Shown in pieces: positions 7,643-16,976 of a DNA stretch of 27,303 nt (its first letter is position 1; each line of letters starts with the position of its first letter). A program made the position numbers and the translations under genes. Where the stretch lies: contig JAPPOR010000544.1 in assembly GCA_028817905.1 (NCBI GenBank), forward strand, positions 1-27,303, read 5' to 3'. Below the pieces are notes generated by a model. The model searched no databases, was not told the origin of the DNA, and saw nothing but the letters and a program-made list of their open reading frames with translations. This DNA comes from Myxococcales bacterium. GTDB lineage: Bacteria > Myxococcota_A > Polyangia > Polyangiales > JAFGIB01.

Positions 7643-8536
7643 ATGAAGTTGGCCATGTTCACACACGCGGGCGGAACCCGGTTGGGGGTCGTGCAGGGGG
7701 ATATGATCGCCGATCTGGCGACTGCCGATCCAGCGTTGCCGCCGGAGCTCAAACGGCTGCTCGAACTCGGTCCAGCCGCGATGGAACGTGCTCGCGAGGC
7801 GGCCAAAAAGGCGCGGGACCTGTTGCCGCTGTCCAACGTGCGTTTGGAAGCGCCGATCGACCGGCCTAACAAGTTCATCGCGGTAGGTCTCAACTACGCG
7901 GATCATGTGGCTGAGACCGGCAGCGACAGGCCGGAGTTTCCCACCATTTTCAACAAGCAGAACACCTGTGTGAATCGCACCGGTGGCCCTGTGCACTTGC
8001 CACGGGTGTCTCCCGACATGTTGGACTACGAGGGTGAGATGGCGTTCGTGATCGGGCGGCGTTGCCGACACGTGCCGCGTGCGCGGGCTGCCGAGGTGAT
8101 CGCGGGCTACTGCATCGTCAATGACGTTTCGGTGCGCGATTGGCAGTTGCGTACGCCGACCATGACGATCGGCAAGTCCTTCGACACCCATGGACCGATC
8201 GGCCCGTGGCTGACCACGGCCGACGAGGTGGGCGATCCGCACGTCCTGTCACTGCGCACGACCGTCAACGGAGAGCAACGTCAAGCTAGCAACACAAGCC
8301 ACCTCATCTTCAACTGCTTCCAGCTGGTTGAGCACCTTTCCACGGCCTTCACGCTCGAGCCAGGGGACGTGATTTCGACCGGGACACCCTCGGGTGTGGG
8401 CCTCGCGATGAAGCCGAGGTGCATGCTCAAGGCAGGGGACGTGGTCCGGATCGAGATCGAAAGGCTCGGTGCGATCGAAAACCAGATCATCGACGAGCCC
8501 GGTGACACGGTCAGCTTGGGTGCGTTGAACGGATAG
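7643..8536 (+). CDS. Fumarylacetoacetate hydrolase (FAH) family protein (HpcE/HpaG 2-keto-4-pentenoate/oxohept-ene-dioate hydratase-like)
   Basis: FAH-family metal-binding motif DYEGEMAFVIG and a C-terminal GDVISTGTPSGVG motif. AGGAG at 7631-7635 sits 7 nt upstream of ATG 7643 (MKLAMFTHAGG...). The ORF-track start at 7586 has no ribosome-binding site. Confidence 0.85.
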   Translation: MKLAMFTHAGGTRLGVVQGDMIADLATADPALPPELKRLLELGPAAMERAREAAKKARDLLPLSNVRLEAPIDRPNKFIAVGLNYADHVAETGSDRPEFPTIFNKQNTCVNRTGGPVHLPRVSPDMLDYEGEMAFVIGRRCRHVPRARAAEVIAGYCIVNDVSVRDWQLRTPTMTIGKSFDTHGPIGPWLTTADEVGDPHVLSLRTTVNGEQRQASNTSHLIFNCFQLVEHLSTAFTLEPGDVISTGTPSGVGLAMKPRCMLKAGDVVRIEIERLGAIENQIIDEPGDTVSLGALNG

Positions 8537-8568
8537 GCATGCCGTAGCCCTGCGTTTCGGGACGCTGG

Positions 8569-9516
8569 CTACGCATCACCTTCCGAGTGCGCGACGGAAT
8601 CCTTGACCTGGTCCAGCAGCCAGCGCGTTGCCAGGTCGTCGTGCGGGCGCCGGACGGCCAAAACATGGATCGGGTTGGGGCGAAAGGGCAGCTCGTGCAG
8701 GGCCAAACCGAAGCGCTGGGCGTGGGCGCGAGCGAGGCGGTGTGGGACCACAGCGACCGCGTCCGTGTTCCCGACCACCGCCAGGGCCATCAGAAAGCGT
8801 GGCACGGCCGCGACCGTTCGATGCGGCCAAGCCTTGCGGCTGTAGGAGCCGACGGCCGGTGACCGGAAGTCACCGCCGACCGATACCTGTACGTGGCCGA
8901 GTTCGGCGTAGAGGGCGCGCGTGATCTTCTTTCGCAGGCGCGGATGGCCGCGCCGAGCGATCATGCAGTAGTGGTCGTCGAACATGGGCTCGGCGGCGAA
9001 GCCCTCGATGCTTCCCAAGAATTGGCCCAAGGCGAGGTCGACGTCGTCCCGCTCCAATGCAGACAGGGCGTCCTGACCGAGCCGCTGGCTGAACGCAAAG
9101 CGCGCCCGCGGCGCCGTCCGAGCGAAGCGAGCCAACAGCGGTGGCACCACCAGGGTTGCGAGGAAGTCGGGGGCCGCCAGGCGGAAGCTGCGCGTGGTGG
9201 TGCTGGGGTCGAAGCTCGTCGCAAGCCCGAGCGCGTCCCCGAGTCCATCTAGCAGCGCGTCGATTCGCGGGGCGAGCTCCAGTGCGTGACGCGTGGGTTC
9301 GAGACCGTGGGGTCTGCGTACGAAGAGTTCATCATCAAACAGCTCGCGCAGGCGAGCCAGGGCGTGGCTCACGGCGGACTGGCTCATGAACAGGCGCTCC
9401 GCGACCACCGTCGTGCGCCGCTGGCGCAGCAGTTCACGAAGCACCAGGAGCAACCCGCCGTCGATCCGCTTGATCTTGTTCTTGTCGATATCTTTCATCA
9501 AATGATTTCGGTACAT
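8569..9516 (-). CDS. LysR family transcriptional regulator
   Basis: N-terminal HTH IDGGLLLVLRELLRQRRTTVVAERLFMSQSAVSHALARLRE matches the LysR LDLNLL...SQPAVS pattern. The C-terminal substrate-binding domain is ~300 aa. An alternative in-frame ATG lies at 9498 (MKDIDKNK...). The 5' end sits in an unusually AT-rich patch. Confidence 0.8.
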   Translation of the reverse strand: MYRNHLMKDIDKNKIKRIDGGLLLVLRELLRQRRTTVVAERLFMSQSAVSHALARLRELFDDELFVRRPHGLEPTRHALELAPRIDALLDGLGDALGLATSFDPSTTTRSFRLAAPDFLATLVVPPLLARFARTAPRARFAFSQRLGQDALSALERDDVDLALGQFLGSIEGFAAEPMFDDHYCMIARRGHPRLRKKITRALYAELGHVQVSVGGDFRSPAVGSYSRKAWPHRTVAAVPRFLMALAVVGNTDAVAVVPHRLARAHAQRFGLALHELPFRPNPIHVLAVRRPHDDLATRWLLDQVKDSVAHSEGDA

Positions 9517-9534
9517 GAGATATCGGGAGAGTGC

Positions 9535-9588
9535 TAGCCCGCATCCATCACCAAATCACGCGCTCTCGCACAACTGCTCTCCGCGCCG
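9535..9588. repeat. Right copy of the ~54-bp inverted repeat
   Basis: See the left copy. This copy sits 19 bp upstream of the LysR start codon. The left copy abuts the TAG stop (51-53) of the ABC ATPase gene. Confidence 0.8.
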
Positions 9589-9783
9589 CTTTCGCCTCAG
9601 TCAAAGGCACAGTGAGTATTCCCTCCGTCACCGATAGCCCTGCGAAGCCGATCACTTGCACGAGCATCACGTGCCTTGGTGAATGATCCGAGCTAGCCCG
9701 GATGACTCATGACTTCGGGGTCGGGCCCAACAAGGCCGCGGGCAACGGGTAAGGGGCAAGGAAGGGGGGGCGGACCGAAGCGG

Positions 9784-12700
9784 CTACGATGGCCGTGTGC
9801 CGCGGTCGGTGCGCGTCACGTGGCCCGCTTCGGCCATCGGCCGTGCGTCGCCGGAGCGGACCAGTGCCGAGGCCACGGCGGAACACTGGGAGGCGATCCC
9901 TTCCCCCGTTGGGTCTTCGCACGGGGAGGCGGTCGTGAACAGGCCCACGAACATCAGCTCGCTGCGGACCTTGCAGCTGAGCACCATGACCCGGTGCTCG
10001 GTGCCGCGTTCGTCGACATAGGTCGCAGCGCCCGGCACCGTCAGCATGCGGGTCGCTTGTTCTTCCCGGGGGGGCGACGCGTTCGGCAGCTCATCGCCAA
10101 TGTGCTCGGCGAAGAAGAACCGTGCGAACGCTCGGTCCGCGTTCGTCGGTGGTGCCTGCTCCTGGCTCGCAACCAGGGACAGTTCACCGTCGCGTCCAAC
10201 CAGGTAGAGATGACCTCCCGCCGCGTGCGTGATGTTGCACAGAAGGTGCAGGGCCTGTCGCGCTCGAGCTTCCGGGTTGTGGCAAGTAGCGAGCTTCTTG
10301 GCATAGGCGCAAGCATCCGCGGTCAAGGTAGCGGTGTCGGCGCCGAACACCGACGCCTCAAAGTTGCTCAGGCCCAAGGTGATCTCCAGTCCGTTTCCCC
10401 GGGCTTCGTCCACCAGGCGCACGAGTTCGGGCGCTGCAGTCGGATTCGACGACTCACCGCGCCCGTGCAACGCCAACAGGGCGTAGCGCCTGGCGGCTTC
10501 CTCGTCGCGGGCCCACACGGCGATCTGTGCTCTCACGTGGAAGCTCGCGACGAGGTGCAGTCCACGGATGTCGTGGGCCTCGGTCCACTCGATCAGACGT
10601 TCGACCCGCGCTGCAGCGTGTTCGATGTCCCCGGCGCGGGCCTCCGCTAGCGCAAGGGCTCGGGCGATCGCCAGCCTCGAGACATCGATGTGTTCCGCAT
10701 GGCAGCGCTCGAGCGCTTCGCGAGCCAACTCGATCGCTTCGGGAAGGCGTCCCTGGGCCCTTCGGACGCTGACCAATCCAGCCACCGCCATCGCCCACGT
10801 GTCTTCCGACGAAAGGCGTCCCGGTTTGCCGGGTCGGCACAGCTCCAGTGCCTCTTGGAGCGGCGCCTCGGCCTGGTCCTCTTTGCCCTTGAAGAGCTGG
10901 AAGTAGCCGGTTGCCACATTGGCCGCGGGCGTCCAACGAGGGCTGCGCTTGGCCAGGGCCGACAGGCCCTCCATCGCGCGGTGAACCGATCCGAGGTCAC
11001 TCGCAAGGATCCCGGCTTCCAGGTCCGCGTGCCACCGTGGGACCAGCACGTGTCGGACATTCGAACGCAGTGCCAGCAGTTCGGCCTGCTTGCGAAACTC
11101 GTTGGCCCCAGGACCATCTCCCTGCATCAGGCGCGTGACCGCACGCGATTGCATCGCGTTGACGGCGTAGAGGCGATCGTCTGCGACCCGCTGGGCCCAC
11201 TCGTGGGCCGACTCACGCGCGAGCCGGGCCTCCAGCATCCCGATGAGATGCGCCAGCCCGTTCCGAATCGACTCCAGATAGGTCACCTGATCCCCTTCGA
11301 TCGTTTCCAGCGCTTCATGGGTGGTGACCAGGCGCCGGTGGGCGGCCAAGGTCCGGCCCAGGCACAGCGCCTCCTGGATCCCCAGGCAGTCCTGCCACAT
11401 GGCGTGGGCCGCGGGCGACAGGGGGGCGAGCGGCTCGAGCAGGGCAGGCAGGCTCGATAGCAGGTCCGTGTCCGCCACGCGGGAGCCGGTTGTGACCGCC
11501 GGAATCACGTAGAAGCAGAGCATCTTGATCGCTTCGTCAACCGGGTACACCCGCTCGCGCTCAGGGGTCTCTTCAAAGCGTGTGATCGCCCGTGTGAGCG
11601 CGCGCTGCAAGCGCTCGTGGGGATCGAGGGAGGCGGGCAGTGCGCGGTAGTCGAGCAGACCCGCGTCCCGCTCGAGCTGCGCGAGCCAGGCCGGGGCGTT
11701 GCGGTAGAAGACGCCTTCGTCTTGGGCGAGGATCGCGGCCGAGCACAACCCGAAGCGCAGGTCGTGCTCGGCGCGCTTGGAGCGACCGCTCGCGAGCAGC
11801 TGGACAAGGGCGCCCTCGCCCGTGGCAGCCACCCGATCGAAGTCCAGCTCGAGCGCCATATCGACCTGGTCGTCAAAGACCAAGGCGCACGTCGACAGTA
11901 CGTCGAGCGCCTCCTCCGAGCGTCCCGCCTCGTTGAGGTGGTGCGCGACCAGAAAACCCAGATCCTTGCCCTTCTGCTGTCTGCGAAACTCGGCCAGCGA
12001 CGTATGGGTCGCGCGTGCGTCAGCGGCACTCATGAGTGCTCGCAACGTGCCGGCTAGGGTGCGGTGGCGCAGGCTGTAAAAAAGGCCGTCGCCCTGCACC
12101 AGGTCGGCCTGCAGGAGAGCGAGCAGCGCACCTTCCAGTTGAGAGGCTGAAGCCTTGGGCGCCAGGTTGCGAAAGTCGTCGCGGCTAAGAACATCCTGGC
12201 CCAACAGTGCCAGCGCCTCGGCCAGCGTGCGGGCGAGCGGCGGGAGCCCCTCGATGCGTCGGACGAAGGCGTCCATTGCGGTAGTGGGCAGATCGTTTGC
12301 GTCCAGCTTGGCGGGCAGCGTCCACCGAGCGTCCTGGTAGTGGATGACGCCGTTGTCGACCAGATGCTGGGCCAGAGCCATGGTTTGTTGGGGACTTCCG
12401 AGCGCGACGCTGTGGATGCGGTCCGCCACAAACGCGACATTGGCGACGTCCCCGAACACGGATGCGACCAACGCGGCGCTTTCGGCAGGTGAGAGCGGGG
12501 CAAGGGTCGCCGCCTGGCCGTGCCTCGCCAGCATGTGGTAGGCGCCCGGCGCGCATTGGGTGGCATTTGGGTCAGAGGTGGTCAACAGCAGCAAGCGCTG
12601 ACGGGGGGCATCCATCGCGAGCTCCGCGAGCAGGGAAAGCGAAGGTTCGTCGATCCGTTCCAGGTCGTCGATGGTGATGGCCACCGCGTGCGTGTCGCAG

Positions 12701-14034
12701 ATGCGTGCGAGCCAGGCGCAGAGGTCCATCTGCAGACGCCCCCGTCCTTCGGGTGGATCGGCCAGTGATCGGATGGAACTGCCTGCGGTCGCGCCCTGGT
12801 TGTGCACGATCAGCTGCTCGCAGATACCTGCTTGTCGCGCCGTCGAACGCGCGACCGCTGGGATCTGCTGCAATAGCTGCTCGAACAGATCCTGCACGAC
12901 GCCGAACTGCCGCTCGGGGCCGACCGTGGCGCCGGAGCGAAGCACCACGGTGCCGAAGGTCTTGGCTTGCAGCGCACAGGCGTCCAGTATGCGCGAGCGG
13001 CCCAGTCCGGTTTCGCCCTGGAACAGGATGGTGTTGCCGACCCCGTGGAGCGCACGTCGCAAGTGATGGCGTACGCTGCGGAGCTCGGAAGCGCGGCCAA
13101 CGAGCACGGGCGTGTCGAGATAGGCGCGCGAGACTTCGATGGACTCGCGTTCGTGGGTGTTTGCGATGGCTTCGAGTCGGGGCATGACTTCGAAGGCGGA
13201 ACGCGGGCGCTGGGTCGGATCGATCCGCAGCAGCGAAGCGCACAGGGCGTCCAAGGCGGGGGGGATGCCGGGAGCATGGCGCGAAGGCGGGACCAGCTCG
13301 TGGTTCCAGGCGTGCCGCAGCTGTGAGAAGTCCTTGGCCGCGAAGGGCAGCTTGCGCGTCAGGGCGTAGTAGAGGGTGCCTCCAAAGGAAAACAGGTCTG
13401 AGCGGGCGTCGAGAGCGGCTCGGTGCAGGACTTCCGGCGCCACGAAGGCCGGCGTTCCGACGACCTCGGTGGCGGGACCCATCGGCATCAGCGCGCCGAA
13501 GTCGATCAACTTGGCGTGGCCGTCGCGGGTGCAGCGGACGTTTCGCGGGCTTACATCGCGATGCAGCAGGCGGCGCGAGTGGAGCAGTGCGAGCGACGAA
13601 CAGACCTCCAGCATCAGCGCGCAGACCCGCAAGGGGCTCAACGGCGAAAGCCCCTGGAGGTCGCCGCCATCGAGCAACTCCATGGTGTAGAAGGGGCCCG
13701 CCTGGTCGACCCCGTAGTCATAGACATCGATGATGCGCGGGTGGCTTAGCTGCGCGAGCGTATGGTACTCGCGCTCGAACATGGACACGCTCTGCCGTGG
13801 GGTCTTGTGGCGGGCCTGCGGTTGCAGGTTCTTGAGGGCGACCTCGGTCTGGCTGCCGACGTCCAGGGCGCGGTAGACCACGGCCATGCCGCCCCGCCCG
13901 AGCTCTTCCCCCAGGCGGTAGCGACCCCCAAGGAGTCGTGCCCGTGGCACGGAAGCGGCCGTCGGAACGGGTGGAGGCCTGCTGAAGCGCCTGGCTCCGA
14001 CAACCGGAGGGTCACTTTGCGTTTTCGCTGCCAT
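9784..14034 (-). CDS. Ser/Thr protein kinase fused to AAA/STAND-type NTPase, TPR-like helical repeats and a C-terminal GAF-like domain (1416 aa)
   Basis: Hanks kinase motifs: glycine loop GRGGMAVVY, VALK, HRDVSPRN, DFG and APE. Downstream P-loop-like LFQGETGLGRS and Walker-B-like ITIDDLERID. Then a long alpha-helical repeat region and a C-terminal GAF-like segment. The architecture is typical of myxobacterial PknK/MalT-like kinases. Confidence 0.85.
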   Translation of the reverse strand: MAAKTQSDPPVVGARRFSRPPPVPTAASVPRARLLGGRYRLGEELGRGGMAVVYRALDVGSQTEVALKNLQPQARHKTPRQSVSMFEREYHTLAQLSHPRIIDVYDYGVDQAGPFYTMELLDGGDLQGLSPLSPLRVCALMLEVCSSLALLHSRRLLHRDVSPRNVRCTRDGHAKLIDFGALMPMGPATEVVGTPAFVAPEVLHRAALDARSDLFSFGGTLYYALTRKLPFAAKDFSQLRHAWNHELVPPSRHAPGIPPALDALCASLLRIDPTQRPRSAFEVMPRLEAIANTHERESIEVSRAYLDTPVLVGRASELRSVRHHLRRALHGVGNTILFQGETGLGRSRILDACALQAKTFGTVVLRSGATVGPERQFGVVQDLFEQLLQQIPAVARSTARQAGICEQLIVHNQGATAGSSIRSLADPPEGRGRLQMDLCAWLARICDTHAVAITIDDLERIDEPSLSLLAELAMDAPRQRLLLLTTSDPNATQCAPGAYHMLARHGQAATLAPLSPAESAALVASVFGDVANVAFVADRIHSVALGSPQQTMALAQHLVDNGVIHYQDARWTLPAKLDANDLPTTAMDAFVRRIEGLPPLARTLAEALALLGQDVLSRDDFRNLAPKASASQLEGALLALLQADLVQGDGLFYSLRHRTLAGTLRALMSAADARATHTSLAEFRRQQKGKDLGFLVAHHLNEAGRSEEALDVLSTCALVFDDQVDMALELDFDRVAATGEGALVQLLASGRSKRAEHDLRFGLCSAAILAQDEGVFYRNAPAWLAQLERDAGLLDYRALPASLDPHERLQRALTRAITRFEETPERERVYPVDEAIKMLCFYVIPAVTTGSRVADTDLLSSLPALLEPLAPLSPAAHAMWQDCLGIQEALCLGRTLAAHRRLVTTHEALETIEGDQVTYLESIRNGLAHLIGMLEARLARESAHEWAQRVADDRLYAVNAMQSRAVTRLMQGDGPGANEFRKQAELLALRSNVRHVLVPRWHADLEAGILASDLGSVHRAMEGLSALAKRSPRWTPAANVATGYFQLFKGKEDQAEAPLQEALELCRPGKPGRLSSEDTWAMAVAGLVSVRRAQGRLPEAIELAREALERCHAEHIDVSRLAIARALALAEARAGDIEHAAARVERLIEWTEAHDIRGLHLVASFHVRAQIAVWARDEEAARRYALLALHGRGESSNPTAAPELVRLVDEARGNGLEITLGLSNFEASVFGADTATLTADACAYAKKLATCHNPEARARQALHLLCNITHAAGGHLYLVGRDGELSLVASQEQAPPTNADRAFARFFFAEHIGDELPNASPPREEQATRMLTVPGAATYVDERGTEHRVMVLSCKVRSELMFVGLFTTASPCEDPTGEGIASQCSAVASALVRSGDARPMAEAGHVTRTDRGTRPS

Positions 14035-14236
14035 GAAACTACGCCCCGCATCCTCAGGATCTCACGTGCCAGGTACTGTCCGCAATATGGGTACGCTGGG
14101 CCGTGGGTGAAGACATCATGGGCTATGTGGGAAGCTGGGCGCGCATGTAGTCTTTTCGGGTGGCTGTGCGACAGGGGTTGATCGGCTCGATTCGGGGCGC
14201 TCGGATCGCCTCGGTTTGGCGTAGCATGCGCCCACC

Positions 14237-15970
14237 ATGTGGGAAGCGATCGCGCTCGCAGCTGACCTGGGTGTCCTGACCGTCGGGTACTGGCTTTCGG
14301 ATTGGGCCATACGGGGAGGGGGCTTGTTGGGGGCGCTCGGACGCATTCGGTTGCTGCACGATGGCCCGACCGCCCTGGTCTTCATGGCGACCTATGCGGC
14401 GCTCTCGCCCCTGTGGTCATGGGAGCACGTTCCGGAAGGCGAGACGCTCCGATGGGTCGCCGCGGTGCTGGGGCTGGCGCTCGCCTGGCGCGCGGCGACC
14501 CGTGACATCGACGTGGTGCGCGGCAATCGGCAGACGCTCGTGCGCTTGCTGGTGCTCGCCAGTGCGGTCCTCACGTGGCTGTCCCCCGGGATGCTGGTCA
14601 GTACGTGCCTGCTGCTAACGACGCCGTTTGGCATGTGGCAGCACCACGCAACCCTGCCCATGCGCGTGCTTCAGGCGCTGCTGGCGTTTGTCGTGTTGCA
14701 ACCGTTGGTCAGCGGGCTCGGCGCCCTGCGAGATGCGTCGGCGCTGTTCCTGTTTCTGGTAACGATTCAGGTCTCGCACTACGTGGTGACCGCCCTGGCC
14801 AAGGGACACCTGGGTCCGCGCTGGTACTCGTGGCCGCTGGACAACCGCCTGCACCACATCGCCGCGAGCGCCTACAGTTGGGGTTGGGCGCGCTTCGTGC
14901 CCTGGGCGCGCTGGCGGCGCGTGGTCGCCGTGGTACGCGCGCTGGAGGTGCCGCTGCAAGTGGTCGTCTTCTTGCTCGAAGCGCTTTCGCCACTTGCGCT
15001 GCTGCACGCCCATGCTTCGGTCGGCTTCAGCATCGCCTTCGCCGGCTTTCACCTGGGTGTGTTCCTGCTTTCGGGTCTGCTTTTCTGGGAGTGGATCGTG
15101 ACTGACCTCGTGCTTGCGATGGCCGTCTGGCGGCTTTCCGCGGGGGCGGCCGCGGTCGCCTTTGGTCCCGGGGCGCTGTTGCTGGGGGTCGTGCTCATGG
15201 TGGCATTCCCCCTGCGTCACAGGCTTTGGCGCCCGATGTCACTCGGCTGGTGGGACACGCCCTTCACCCAGCGCATGCATTGGCGGGTGCGCGGTCGCAG
15301 TGGCGCCATGTACGGCCTATACGCGGACTTCATGGACCCCCACGAGCGCATCTACGGCAAGGTCCATGGCTACTTCCTCGCACCCGTGCCGGTCCTGACC
15401 TACCATCTTGGGGAGGCCTTTCGTCACGAGCTGCGGGACGGCTTGCGCGCGGCCGGAGGCGATCCCGGGCGGCTGGACGCGCTGCGCGAACAGTTCGGGA
15501 TCGAGCCCCGCGACGCCCGCCTGCTGGAGAACCACGAGACCTATCTTCAGCGGTTTTGTTGGGAGCTCAATCGGGGGGCTCGCAAGCATGTGCTGCCGTC
15601 GCGGTTACGCTTCCTCAAGGCCCCGGGGGGGCAGTGCTACTACTGGGGTGACTTGCCGGCGTACCGGCGCCAGGAGCCCATCGAAGAACTCGAAGTGGTC
15701 TATCGCGAGGAATACTTCGACGGCGAGGCGCTGCAGCGGCTGCGCGATGAGGTGGTGTTGCGTGTCCCGATCGAGCGAAGCTCCACGCCGCCACGGGCCG
15801 CTCGCGAGCCCACCCCCAAGGAACTCGACGATCACCTCCTTTCGTTCGCCGCTGGACGCTTGATTCGCCTACCGGGGCTGGGCGACGGGCTGGTGCACGC
15901 GGATGACGGTGTGCCGGGGTCGCGGGCGGGCGCGGCCGCCGGACCCGTTGCGCCACCCGATGAGGGTTAG
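14237..15970 (+). CDS. Polytopic integral membrane protein (at least 8 predicted TM helices in the N-terminal ~330 aa) with a C-terminal soluble domain; family not recognised
   Basis: The 577-aa ORF has many hydrophobic 20-aa stretches rich in W/L/A. The C-terminal ~230 aa is hydrophilic. It is divergent from the kinase gene across a 202-bp intergenic region. No motif is confidently assignable from sequence alone. Confidence 0.55.
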   Translation: MWEAIALAADLGVLTVGYWLSDWAIRGGGLLGALGRIRLLHDGPTALVFMATYAALSPLWSWEHVPEGETLRWVAAVLGLALAWRAATRDIDVVRGNRQTLVRLLVLASAVLTWLSPGMLVSTCLLLTTPFGMWQHHATLPMRVLQALLAFVVLQPLVSGLGALRDASALFLFLVTIQVSHYVVTALAKGHLGPRWYSWPLDNRLHHIAASAYSWGWARFVPWARWRRVVAVVRALEVPLQVVVFLLEALSPLALLHAHASVGFSIAFAGFHLGVFLLSGLLFWEWIVTDLVLAMAVWRLSAGAAAVAFGPGALLLGVVLMVAFPLRHRLWRPMSLGWWDTPFTQRMHWRVRGRSGAMYGLYADFMDPHERIYGKVHGYFLAPVPVLTYHLGEAFRHELRDGLRAAGGDPGRLDALREQFGIEPRDARLLENHETYLQRFCWELNRGARKHVLPSRLRFLKAPGGQCYYWGDLPAYRRQEPIEELEVVYREEYFDGEALQRLRDEVVLRVPIERSSTPPRAAREPTPKELDDHLLSFAAGRLIRLPGLGDGLVHADDGVPGSRAGAAAGPVAPPDEG

Positions 15971-16283
15971 CCCGGGTCATTCACGACTTACGACGCCGCC
16001 TCGCTTGTTCTTCGACTCCACAGTGCTTTCGACCCCCTGCAATACGGGCAGTATGTGGGTCGGTGGCCGACAAGCCGTGGGAAGCCGAGTCCCGACGCGA
16101 TCCGACGCGGTGTTGATGGATAGCCCGGGCCAGACCGGTGCGAGGTGAATTCTGGCCAGCCGGGCGTGGGTCACGCTGGTAGTCCCCGCGGGTGGTCACG
16201 GAAAAGCCGGGACAATCGCGATCCCCTGTTGTAGATCCAGTGCGCTTGGCGGAAACGTCGGCAGGGAAGGGGGACGTGCCTTT

Positions 16284-16976
16284 TTGCAGGAGCTGCTGGC
16301 GCAAAGCTTCGCCTATCCAACGGTCGTGTGGAGCGTGCTGCTCGGCCTCGCGTCTTTCTATTGGTTGCTTGTTCTGGTGGGCGCGGTGGGTATGGAGGTA
16401 CTGGAGGGCAGCGTGGAAGGGGCGGCCGACGCTGCCGGTGCCGCTGGCGGGGGCCTAGCTGATATCGGTGAGGCAGCCGAGGCGGCGTCCAATGCGGCGA
16501 GCGCCCTGTCCGTCTTTGCCCTGCTGCGGCGACGGCGCGCTCCCCTGACGGTCAAGTTCTCCATGGTCACCCTGCTCGGGTGGTTGAGCTGCTGGTACGC
16601 GAGTGCGTGGCTCGGCGGGTTCGTCCCGGATGCCGTGCCGGTCGTCGCCTGGGGGACCGGCCTGCTCTTGCTAACCTTGCTCCTGGCGATTCCGGTGGCG
16701 GCCACGCTGCTGATCCCCCTCGAGCCACTCTTCGATACCCATGAAGCGCGGCGCCGCGGTCATCTCGTGGGCGAGGTCGTCGAAATCGAGACCAGTCGGG
16801 TGGACCGCAAGTTCGGCCAGGCGCGGCTCGAGGACGGTCAGGCGGGGATGATTCTCCAGGTGCGCTGCGACCCGAACCGGCAGCTCAGCCGAGGCAAGCG
16901 GGCCCTGATCCTGACCTACGACGAGGAGCAGGAGTTCTACGAAGTCGAACCGTACGATGACCTGTTGCAGAAATGA
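16284..16976 (+). CDS. NfeD/YqiJ-like membrane protein (N-terminal TM region plus C-terminal NfeD-type OB-fold)
   Basis: N-terminal and central TM helices, with a C-terminal GEVVEIETSRVDRKFGQARLEDGQAGMILQVRCD beta-rich segment typical of NfeD short-form OB domains. These classically pair with SPFH/flotillin genes. The ORF-track start is a TTG at 16284, preceded by GGAAGGGGGA (16266-16275). The true start could be a downstream GTG. The stop overlaps the flotillin start (ATGA at 16973-16976). Confidence 0.7.
   Translation: MQELLAQSFAYPTVVWSVLLGLASFYWLLVLVGAVGMEVLEGSVEGAADAAGAAGGGLADIGEAAEAASNAASALSVFALLRRRRAPLTVKFSMVTLLGWLSCWYASAWLGGFVPDAVPVVAWGTGLLLLTLLLAIPVAATLLIPLEPLFDTHEARRRGHLVGEVVEIETSRVDRKFGQARLEDGQAGMILQVRCDPNRQLSRGKRALILTYDEEQEFYEVEPYDDLLQK

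Noticed and set aside
8537-8568. Possible bidirectional terminator hairpin between the convergent FAH and LysR genes (gcgtttcgggacgc)
   Set aside because: The stem is only 4-5 bp with imperfect extension and no U-tract. That is too weak to call.
1-9588. Interpreting the inverted-repeat-bracketed 9.5-kb block as a composite or autonomous transposon
   Set aside because: No transposase, integrase or recombinase is encoded inside or at the visible flanks. The repeats are kept as a finding, but only as a non-autonomous element, a repeat family or an old insertion scar.
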